DNA from: Anaeramoeba ignava BMAN
Taxonomy: Eukaryota; Protista; Anaeramoebae
DNA length: 64,000 bases
Direction: 5' to 3'
NCBI GenBank assembly: GCA_028826165.1
Contig: JAPDFW010000068.1
Coordinates: 372,001 to 436,000 of the forward strand
Part shown: piece by piece, positions 48,001-58,702 of the stretch
Layout: the number at the start of each line of letters is the position of its first letter
Position numbering within the stretch: position 1 is the first letter of the stretch
Program-made: the position numbers and the translations under genes
Notes under the pieces: model-generated
Database searches by the model: none
Told to the model about the DNA's origin: nothing
What the model saw: the letters and a program-made list of their open reading frames with translations, nothing else

Positions 48001-50569
48001 TCGTCATTGCTGTTGTTCCGAGGAAAGTGCTGAACATAAGATCTAAGTAGTTTCCTGTATCCCAATAGAAAAGACACATGAATCCGTCTTGTTCTTGATT
48101 TTCATCCGAAAAATTCCTCAATTGGTTATGAAGTGGTGGAAAAAAAGGATTTGCAGAATATCCCGAAAGGAGAAGATATAAATAATCGTAGCCATCATTG
48201 AAAAGTTCAAATCCTGATATATCCAAATCATAAGAACCATCTCCAAAGGCGCTTGAGAACCAAATACTATGGGGATAATATATATACATGAATCCTGATG
48301 ATAATGAAATTGGTCCTGTTACGTTTTGATATGCATCAATTGTCCCGATGAATTCACTTCCTGTTACGTTTCCTGCTAGTGTTATAAAGCAATACCCCCA
48401 GAATTCGGTTAAACTAACGCTTGATAAATGTAATTGTGTTGTTGTAGATCCCAAAACCCTTCCTGTCTGGTATATCCCGTTAATGAATTCTTCAACGAAA
48501 ATTCTTTTATATGAAAGATATTCATATGTTCCAATTAAATAGTCAGTGTTACTACATCTGATGTGTGATATTACTTGTGTTTCATATACTTCTAGTAAAT
48601 ATGACGAATCGATCACATTTTCTTTTGGATTTAATATAAATATAAATTAAGAATATAAATATAAATATAAATATAAATATAAATATAAATATAAATATAA
48701 AAATATAAGAAAATTAAGAATATAAATATAAAATAAATATAAATATAAATATAAATATAAATATAAATATAAATATAAATATAAATATAAATATAAATAT
48801 AAATATAAATATAAATATAAATATAAATATAAATATAAATATAAATATAAATATAAATATAAATATAAATATAAATATAAATAAATATAAATCTAAATAT
48901 AAATATAAATATAAATATAAATATAAATATAAAATATAAATATAAAAATATAAATTATAAAAATAAAAATATAAATATAAATATAAATATAAATAAATAA
49001 AAATAAAATATAAAATTATAAATATAAATATAAATATAAAAAATATAAAATATAAATATAAATCTAAATATAAATATAAAATATAAACATAAATATAAAT
49101 TATAAATATAAATATAAATTATAAATATAAATATAAATATAAAATATAAATATAAATATAAATATAAATATAAATATAAATATAAATATAAATATAAATA
49201 TAAAATATAAATATAAATAAACATATAAACATAAATATAAAAATAAATAAAATAAATATAAATATAAATATAAATAAAATATAAATATAAAATATAAAAT
49301 AAAAATAATTATAAAATATAAATATAAAATATAAACATAAAACATAAATATAAATATAAAAATAAACATATAAACATAAAATATAAAATAAATATAAATA
49401 TAAATATAAACATAATATAAAACATAAATATAAAATATAAAATAAAATATAAATATAAATATAAATATAAATATAAATATAAATATATAAATATAAATAT
49501 AAAATAAAAATAAAAATATAAATAATAAAACATAAATATAAATATAAATATAAATATAAACATAAATATAAATATAAATATAAAATAAAATATAAAATAC
49601 AATTATAAATATATAAATATAAATATAAATATAAATATAAATATAAATATAAATATAAATATAAATATAAATATAAAAATAAACATAAAATAAAAATAAA
49701 TATAAAAAATATAAAATAAAATTAAAAAAAATATAAATATAATTATAAAAACATAAATAAAATAAATATAAAATAAAAATATAAAATAAACATAAATATA
49801 AAATATAAACATAAATATAAAAATAAACATAAATATAAAAATATAAAATATAAAATATAAATATAAAATAAATATAAAATAAATATAAAATATAAATATA
49901 AATATAAAATATAAATATAAATATAAATATAAATATAAATATAAATATAAATATAAATATAAATATAAATATAAATATAAATATAAATTAAGAATATAAA
50001 TATAAATATAAATATAAATATAAATATAAATATAAATATAAATATAAATATAATTATAAATATAAATATAAATAAATATAAATATAAAAAAAAATAAAAT
50101 TAAAAATAAAAATATAAATATAAATATAAATATAAATATAAATATAAATATAAATATAAATATAAAATATAAATATATTATAAATAAAATAAAATAAAAA
50201 TATAAATATAAATTATAAATATAAATATAAATATAAATATAATTATAAATTAAGAATATAAATATAAATATAAATATAAATATAAATATAAATATATAAA
50301 TATAAATATAAATATAAATATAAATATAATTATAAATATAAATATAAATATAAATAAATTAAGAATATAAATATAATTATAAATATAAATATAAATATAA
50401 ATTAAGAATATAAATATAAATATAAATTTGTGTTTTGTTTTTGTGTGTTTTGTTTGTTTTTTGAACCAGTAAAAAAAAAAATAAAAAAAAAATAATTTAA
50501 TTTACGAATTAAAATAGAATTAACAACAAAAACCAAAATTAAAGAAAATAAGAATTGAAGAGCAAACAT
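45051..50569 (-). CDS. Secreted, probably GPI-anchored surface protein: signal peptide + SBBP-like beta-propeller + Cys-rich ephrin-receptor-like (GCC2/GCC3) repeats + 4 FN3
   Basis: complement(join(45051-45121, 45802-48621, 50506-50569)). Exon 1 MFALQFLFSLILVFVVNSILI; propeller motifs FSTFLG, YGSFIGG..ED, FSSYIG; C..GTY...G...C..CP; FN3 WESPFNGGSEITDY. Last exon gives NSAILNQFNLLLSTILVIFSFFF*. Confidence 0.82.
48622..50505. repeat. 1.9-kb first intron of (ATAAAT)n microsatellite
   Basis: Minus-strand gtaaat...aaaag boundaries; phase-1 join gives ILIQ/NVIDS. Confidence 0.85.
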
Positions 50570-50686
50570 TGGAAATGAAAAAAAAGAAAGAAAAAAAATG
50601 AAAAAAATTATTTTATTATTTTTTTTGTTTATTTTTTTATTTTAGTTTTTGTTTTAATTTTAATTGATTTAATCAAATTCTTCTTT

Positions 50687-52739
50687 TTAATTTTTTTGGA
50701 AACAACCAGAAAAAACACTTTTCTTTTGCTAAATTATTATTTAAAAAGAAAAAAGAAAAAAGAAAAAATTAATATAAATTTTTCAATTAGATTTTTGGAT
50801 TTAAAAAGAAAAAGAAGAAGAAGAAATTTACTTTTGATTTTGGTTTAATATTAAATAAATCAGATAATTGTTTAATCTTTTCTTGTTTTGAAGTTAATTT
50901 TGATGCACTTTTAAGATCTTTAAGACCCAAATCTCGATAATTCCCATCTTTTGTAAATTCCAAATAAAGATAATAAGCATAAGCTCTTGTGTAATAAAAC
51001 TTTGTATGTTGAATATTATTATTATTCTTTATTGCTTCATCAAGATGAGAAATTGCGTTTTTAATTTTTGGTAAAACTTTTTTTTGAATTTTTGAATTTG
51101 GAGTGTTTTGTCTACTTTTTCTGGGACTTAATCTTTTCTTCTTATTTTGTAATTGACGATTTAGTAAGTGACTAAATTCAATAGTAATTTCATCTAAAAA
51201 TGCTTTTGCCCAATAATATTGCATTACAAAATACCAATTCTCTTTAATATTAGAATTATCAATTTGATTTAAATTTTGATTTTGATTTAAATTTTGATTT
51301 TGATTTAAATTTTGATTTTGATTTTGATTTTGATTTTGATTTTGATTTTGATTTTGATTTTGATTTTGATTTTGATTTTGATTTTGATTTTGATTTTGAT
51401 TTTGATTTTGATTTTGATTTAAATTTTGATTTAAATTTTGATTTTGTTGATTTTGATTTTGATTTTGATTTTGATTTTGTTCTTTTTCTTGATTTTCTTG
51501 ATTTTCTTGATTTTCTTGATTTTCTTGATTTTCTTGATTTTGTTGTATTTTTTTCACCATTTGAAATACTTGAACAACTTTTTTTGATGTGTATTGCTTC
51601 TTGAAATAACAAATCCCTAAATAACTCAATATCTCAGCGTTCTTATTATTCTTTTTATATTTTTCCAATATCTTTTCAACTTGATCCCAATTATGATTAT
51701 ACATCTTCATTTTGATAAAATTCAAAAAATCTTTTTGATTATTTTCTGTTGAACTTTTAATTAAATCAAAAGACATTTTTTCAACATTTTCCAGGAATAT
51801 TTTATCCAATTCACTCTCTGCTTTCGATGATTCCTGAGTGTAAAAATATAAATGAGCTGATACAATCGCAAAATAATTTGGAAATTCATTTGTTTGATGT
51901 GATTTTTGTGCTTTTCTTAAAGCATTTTTTGCTTTTTTATAATCCTTTCTTTTCATGCTAATTAAACATTGAAGTAAAAATCCATTTCTGCATTTTTTAT
52001 TCATCGAAAGATAATCATTGATTTTTGCATTTGCCTTTTCAAACTCATTTAATCGATAAAAGCAAATTGCTGAAATATAATTCAATGATGAGATTAAATT
52101 TTGATCCATTTTTAATTTTGATTTATGATTTTGATTTTGATTTTGATTTTGATTTGGATTTTGATTTGGATTTGGATTTTGATTTGGATTTGGATTTGGA
52201 TTTGGATTTTTTAATCTTTTCATTTTATTTAATGCTTCATCAGCGCACTGAAGAACAAATTGATATCCTGTATTCTCTCCATTTTTTTCAGTCTCTTCAA
52301 TAGAAAAATAAATGATTTTTAATAAGTCACTTAATGGAATCACTGAAACATCACTTATTAAATTTTTGTAATTAAGAATTGATGTTTTTATGTTTAATTT
52401 TGGTTCGTTATTTTTTGATCTCATTTCTGATTCTGATATTAAGTTTTGGATAAAATCTTGGCTTTGAGTTCTTTTTGAATCAGGACTATTTTGTTGTGAT
52501 ATATGAAACCTATCACTTAAATATTTTCTTTGAGGCGTAAGTCGGATTAATCTTCTTGTTGTTGTTGTTGTTGATGTTGTTTTTGTTTGATTTTCAGTAT
52601 TTTCTTCTTTATTTGTTAAAATGTTATCGTTTTCTTGAATTTTCTTAATATTTTTATTTTCAATTTTTTTCTTTTCTTGTTCATTTTGATTTGGATTTTC
52701 TTTTTGGTTTTTTTCTTCAGGATTTTCTTGGTTATTCAT
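50687..52739 (-). CDS. TPR-like helical repeat protein with QN tracts; short terminal exon after intron 50729-50831
   Basis: TPR-like helices (YISAICFYRLNEFEKA, AEILSYLGICYFK, FYYTRAYAYY). Likely ATG at 52739 (MNNQENP). Confidence 0.6.
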
Positions 52740-52838
52740 TTTATTGTTATTATTTTTATTTCGGGAAAAAAAATGAAAAATGAAAAAAGGAAAAATTTTT
52801 TTTTTCGAATTTTTTTTTATCATTTTTCATTTTTAAAA
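52740..52838. promoter_or_regulatory. Compact divergent promoter with mirrored TCATTTT motifs
   Basis: 99 bp between divergent ATGs: aaaatgaaaaatga on the minus-gene side and tcatttttcattttt before ATG 52839. Confidence 0.55.
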
Positions 52839-54314
52839 ATGGAAACTTATTCAAATTTAGAAAAACTCTCAAATGATTTAAAAAATTTATTTCAAAATCA
52901 AAATCAAAATGAAAATGAAAAAGAAGAAGAAAGTTATTTTGATTTTGAAATAATTTGTGAACAAAACAAAATCTCATTTAAAACTCATAAATCAATTCTT
53001 TCTTCAAGAAGTCAATACTTTAAATATCTTTTTAAATCCAAAATGAAAGAGTATCAAGAAAATAAAATGATTCTAAAAGATTTTTCAAGTTCAATTCTAT
53101 CCTCAATTTTGAATTATCTTTATTCAGGAAAAATTGAATTTAATTCAGAAAATGCAATCCAAATTTTACTTTTTTCTTCAAAATATTTAATTGATGAATT
53201 AATTGAAACTTCTTCAGATTTTATCAAAAACAATTTCCAATTTGAAAATATTGTTGATATTCTTAAATTATCTGAGTCAATGAATTTAAATCAATTATTG
53301 GATTCTTCTTATAGATTTATTTCGGAAAATTTTGAAAAATTTATCAAAACTCCATTTTTTCTTGAGCTTGAAGAAAATCATTTAAATTCAATTCTATCAA
53401 GTAATTATAATTTAACAAACGAATTTGGAATTTTCCAATCAATAATAAAATGGGGAAAGCATAAATCAAATATTAATCAAAAAAAGGAAAATGAAAAGCT
53501 TGAAAAAGAAGAAAAAGAAAAATTGCAAGATCAAATTTCAAATATTATTCAAAAAATCAGATTTATTGATTTTTCCAAAAAAGAACTTGAAAAAATCTTG
53601 AAAGAAGATTTAATTCCAAATCAAATTTCACGGAAGTTAATGAAATTATTAGCATTAAAAACAAAAAAAGATAAAAAAGGAATTAAAAAATTTATTAAAA
53701 AACAGCATTCATTCATTTTCAAATCAAGATTCCATTTTGAATCCAAAATTATTAAAAAAGTTGAGCATTTCAATAAATTAAAAAAATGGATAAATGACGA
53801 CAGTATCTTTTCCGATATGGAACTCGGATTTTCAGCAAAAGAGGACGGATTTGATTGTGAAAATTGGCATGATATTTGTGACGATAAAGGAAAAACACTG
53901 GTTATTATCAAAACAAAAGATAATTTTATTTTTGGAGGATTTACAAAAGTTGGATTTACAACTGATAAATCAAAATGGAATTATGAAGATGAAAAATCAA
54001 ATTGTGGATTTATTTTTGATCGAGACGCTTTTCTTTTTTCATTAAGAAATGATAAAAATAATAGAAAGTCAGAGAAATTTCCAATTAAAAAATATCCTCA
54101 GAATTTGGCTATTACTTATTATCCAAATTCTGGTCCGAATTTTGGAGATGGTGATTTCGGTTTAAATCCTAATTTAAAATCTGGTTATTCGAATTTTGGT
54201 CGAACTTACAATCTTCCTAATGGAATTAAACATGATACAATTGAAGCAAATAGTTATTTAGCTGGTTCTTATGATCAATGGGAAGTTGATGAACTTGAAA
54301 CTTTTTTCTTTTAA
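52839..54314 (+). CDS. BTB-BACK-TLDc domain protein
   Basis: DFEII..FKTHKSILSSRSQYF BTB; BACK (IFQSIIKW, KIRF); TLDc (DGFDCENWHDICDDKGKTLVIIKT..FIFGGFT, AFLFSL, GPNFG). Likely ATG at 52839 by comparison with the paralogue at 56069. Confidence 0.9.
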   Translation: METYSNLEKLSNDLKNLFQNQNQNENEKEEESYFDFEIICEQNKISFKTHKSILSSRSQYFKYLFKSKMKEYQENKMILKDFSSSILSSILNYLYSGKIEFNSENAIQILLFSSKYLIDELIETSSDFIKNNFQFENIVDILKLSESMNLNQLLDSSYRFISENFEKFIKTPFFLELEENHLNSILSSNYNLTNEFGIFQSIIKWGKHKSNINQKKENEKLEKEEKEKLQDQISNIIQKIRFIDFSKKELEKILKEDLIPNQISRKLMKLLALKTKKDKKGIKKFIKKQHSFIFKSRFHFESKIIKKVEHFNKLKKWINDDSIFSDMELGFSAKEDGFDCENWHDICDDKGKTLVIIKTKDNFIFGGFTKVGFTTDKSKWNYEDEKSNCGFIFDRDAFLFSLRNDKNNRKSEKFPIKKYPQNLAITYYPNSGPNFGDGDFGLNPNLKSGYSNFGRTYNLPNGIKHDTIEANSYLAGSYDQWEVDELETFFF

Positions 54315-54405
54315 AAAAAAAAACCACAAAATCAATTAGAAAATATTTTTTGGATCATTTTTCTAAAAAAGATTTTTTCATTTTTTTCATTTTTTCGTTT
54401 TTTAA

Positions 54406-55989
54406 ATGTATCGAAAAAAAGTTTTTGAATTATCTAACACAAGTTTATTAAAGAGTATTCTTTGTAATAAAGTTTTTATTTTATTAATAGCGCTATTAAT
54501 TGGATTTTTGTTAATTTTATTTCTTTCTGTTCGTTCAATTCCAAATGGTAAAAATTAATCAATCAATTAATCAATCAATTAATCAATAAATCAATCAATT
54601 AAAGATCAAAAAACAGGGGAAAACACAAATTCAATAATTGGCAAACTACAATCTGATTTAAATGAAAAAAACAAAGAATTAATAGAAATGTCAAAAAAAA
54701 TGATACAATTTGAAAATCAACTCAATTCATTGCAAAAAAAACTCAAACGTTATCGAGATTCTCAATCAAATAAAACACCTTCAATAGATGATCCATTTTC
54801 AGATTTTTATGACTTGAATTTATATCATTATCAAAATCCCTATTTTTATCATACTGAAGAAGATACAAGGTTTATCAAGTATGAAAGATATGAAGATCGA
54901 CCCAAAATTTCAAAAACAATAGTTTCTGACAACGAAATACTTTATCATTTGGATTTTGAATCTTTTTATCTTGATACTCCAAATTTTTTGGATCAAGAAT
55001 CCTATGATATGTTTTGTGATGAGAGAGATAAGCCTTCAATGGCACCAGGTGATTGCGAAAAATTTGTATCAAGTATGACAACACCTTACTTCACAACAGG
55101 AAATGAAACATTTGTCAAGAATTTTAGTTTTGATAAACTTCCGGAATGTTTGGAAACAACTACAATGAACTCTTTCCAGAAACCAACTTCTCAAAATGTC
55201 AAACATTTCGAAAAACTTGCACTCATCACTCCCGCACGCTCCAATTATTTTCAGCACTGGATAGATCATGCTTTATCCCCCTTAATGCAAGCAAGACCCT
55301 TTATAAAAGATAAAGGATATACAATTCTTGCTTTACGCCCAGCAGACAAAAATGTTGATGCTTTTTGGAATTTGGTCAAAAAAGATTTTAATGTGGAAAT
55401 TGAGTTTTATCAAAAAAATGTGAGATATGATGTTGACGAGTTCCTGATGGCTTGTAGCGCCACTATTTGGAATCCCCAGTTGATTTATGAATCTAAAATT
55501 TTTCTTCTCAAGAATATTTTGGAAACAGATTCAGATCACCAAATTAGGGACTATATTCCCGAAAATGTTATTTATCTTCCAAGAGTTAATAATTCAAATA
55601 AAAGAGAAGTTTTGAATTCAAAAGAAATTGAAAATTATCTACAAATGAGATTTGGTGACAAATTCAAAATTTTTTATCATCAAGATTTTTTCGACTTGAA
55701 AAATTTAGTCGATTTTTTTGGATCAGCAAAAATTATAATTGGAGGGCATGGTGGAGCTCTTTATAATTTGATTTTCACTTTATCTCATCCTATCATCATT
55801 GAATTCCAAACTCAAATAGAAATTGGTTCAAGACCTATTTTTTGGTGGATATCTCATTCAACTGGAAGTCCTTATTGGAGAATCTATGGAGAACCTATTG
55901 GAATAAATATGAATGTTCCCTTATATAAATTAGAGCAGGTTTTGAATCAAGCTTTGAATGAAGATGTGCATTTACTTTTTAATTTTTGA
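54406..55989 (+). CDS. Type II membrane glycosyltransferase, family GT61 (DUF563/EOGT-like); intron 54548-54604
   Basis: N-terminal TM (VFILLIALLIGFLLILFLSV) in exon 1, coiled-coil stem, NYFQHW, R...N..E, AKIIIGGHGGALYNLIF. Confidence 0.8.
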
Positions 55990-56068
55990 AAATTCAATTA
56001 GGAAAAAATTTTTTTTTCATTTTTTAAATTTTTCATTTTTTTAATTTTCAATAAAAAAAAAAGCAAAA

Positions 56069-57642
56069 ATGGAAAATTATTCAAATTTAGAAAAACTTTC
56101 AAATGATTTAAAAAATTTATTTCAAAATCAAAACCAAAATGAAAAAGATGAAGAAAGTTATTTTGATTTTGAAATAATTTGTGAACAAAACAAAACTTCG
56201 TTTAAAACTCATAAATCAATTCTTTCTTCAAGAAGCGAATATTTCAAATCTCTTTTTAAATCCAAAACGAAAGAACTTCAAGAAGACAAATTGATTCTAA
56301 AAGATGTTTCAAGTTCAATTCTATCTTCAATTTTGAATTATCTTTATTCAGGAAAAATTGAATTTAATTCAGAAAACGCAGTTCAAATTTTAATTTTTTC
56401 AACAAAATATTTAATTGATGAATTAATTGAAACTTCTTCAGATTTTATCAAAAACAATTTAAAATTTGAAACTGTTGTCGATGTTCTTAAACTATCTGAG
56501 TCAATGGACTTGAATCTATTAGTGCATTATTGTTACCAATTTATTTTGGATCATTTTAAAGAATTTTCCAAAACTTCATTTTTTCTTGAACTTGAAGAAA
56601 ATCAATTAATTCCATTTCTAGCAAGTAATTGCTTTTTAGGAAATGAAGTTGAACTTTTCCAATCAATAATAAAATGGGGAAGACACAAATCAAATATTAA
56701 TCAAAAAAAGGCAAATTCAAAACTTAATAAAAAAGAAAAAGAAAAATTACAAGATCAAATTTCAAACGTTATTCAAAAAATCAGATTTATTGATTTTCCC
56801 AAAAAAGAACTTCAAAAAACTTTGAAAGAAGATTTAATTCCAAATCAAATTTCACGAAAGTTAAAAAAGTTATTAACATTAAAAACAAAAAAAGATGAAA
56901 AAAAAATTAAAAAATTTATTAAAAAAGAAAAAGCAAAAGCAAAAGAAAAAAAGAAGAAGAAGAAAAAGCAAAAAAAGAAAAAGATGAAAATGAAAATGAA
57001 GATGAAGATGAAGATGAAGATGAAGATGAAGAAAAAGAAAATTTTCTGATTTTTAATCCAAGATTAAATTTTAAATCCAGAATTATTAAAAAAAAAAGAT
57101 ACATCCAAAAATTAAGAAAATGGATCAATGATGACAAAATCTTTTACAATGTTCAATTAGGATTTTCAACGCATTATATTGGATTCTCTACTCGAAAATG
57201 GCACGAACTTTGTGATGATTGTGAAAACACATTAGTTATTATCAAAACAAAAGATAATTTTATTTTTGGAGGATTTACAAAAGTTGGATTTATAACTGAT
57301 AAATCAAAATGGAATGAAGATCAAGTATTTGAATCAAGAAGAATTTGTGATCCAGATGCTTTTCTTTTTTCATTAAGAAATGATAAGAACAATAGAAAAC
57401 CAGAGAAATTTCCAATTAAAAAAGGTGAAGAAAAAAGAGCTATTATTTATAATGAAAAAAGTGGTCCAATTTTTGGAAGAGGTGATATTTCTTTCCCATT
57501 TAGTTTAGGAATTGGTCGTTCAAATTTTGGAGAAACTTATAATCTTCCTAAAGGAATCAAACTTAAAAAGGCTGAGGCCTTAAGTTATCTATCTGGTTCT
57601 ATTGTTTGGGAAATTGATGAAGTCGAAACTTTCTACTTTTAA
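56069..57642 (+). CDS. BTB-BACK-TLDc paralogue, frameshift in A-rich tract at ~56950
   Basis: Close paralogue of 52839. After the shift the frame continues ...WINDD..WHELCDDCENTLVIIKTKDNFIFGGFTK...WEIDEVETFYF*. Confidence 0.85.
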
Positions 57643-57694
57643 AAAGAATAAAACCCCTTTTTTTTTTTTAAATTCAAAAATAAGATTAAAGCTT

Positions 57695-58445
57695 AATCAA
57701 TAAAAATCTTATTTCAATTTAAATTAAATTTAGAATCAAATTGATTTATTATTTATTATTATTAAAATTATTTATATATTTTTATTAAAATAATTTTATT
57801 TTCAATTTTTTATTTTATTTAAAAATATAAATAATAAATACATAAAAATATAATTTTAATCATTAAAATTATTATTTCAATTTAAATTAAATTTAGAATC
57901 AAATTAATTTATTATTTATTATTATTAAAATTATTTATATATTTTTATTAAAATAATTTTATTTTCAATTTTTATTTTATTTAAAAATATAAATAATAAA
58001 TACATAAAAATATTATTTTAATCAATAAAATTATTATTTTGATTTAAATTAAATTTAGAATCAAATTAATTTATTATTTATTATTATTAAAATTGTTTAT
58101 ATATTTTTATTAAAATAATTCTATTTTCAATTTTTATTTTATTTAAAAATATAAATAATAAATACATAAAAATATTATTTTAATCAATAAAATTATTATT
58201 TCAATTTAATTTAAATTTAGAATCAAATCAATTTATTATTTATTATTATTAAAATTGTTTATATATTCTTATTAAAATAATTCCATTTTCAATTTTTTAT
58301 TTTATTTAAAAATATAAATAATAAATACATAAAAATATTATTTTAATCAATAAAATTCTTATTTCAATTTAAATTAAATTTGGAATCAAATTAATTTATT
58401 ATTTATTATTGTTAAAATTATTTATATATTTTTATTAAAATAATT
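57695..58445. repeat. Tandem repeat, ~162-163-bp unit, ~4.6 copies, intergenic
   Basis: Unit starts at about 57695, 57858, 58020, 58182 and 58345 (aatcaataaaa..atttcaatttaaattaaatttagaatcaaat). Confidence 0.9.
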
Positions 58446-58702
58446 TAAAAAAAATTAAAAAAAGAAAAGCAAATTAAAAGAATTGAAATGATCAAAATTA
58501 ACTAAAAGATCTTTTCTAAAAAAAAAAAACGACTATTCTCTTTCTTAAATCAATTAATTAATTTTGATCTTAATTCTTCTTTAATTTTTTACCCCCTAAA
58601 ACTTAAAAAAAAAATAAATAAAAACAAAAAGCAAATAAATAAAAAAATTTAAATTAAAAAAATTAAAAAATTAAAAAACATTTTTCTTTTTTTTTTCTTT
58701 TA

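Noticed and set aside
52635-52838. Hydrophobic N-terminal extensions of ORFs 52635-54314 and 50787-52823 implying overlapping divergent genes
   Set aside because: Artefacts of alternative start calling; the paralogue at 56069 and the TCATTTT motifs support ATGs at 52839 and 52739.
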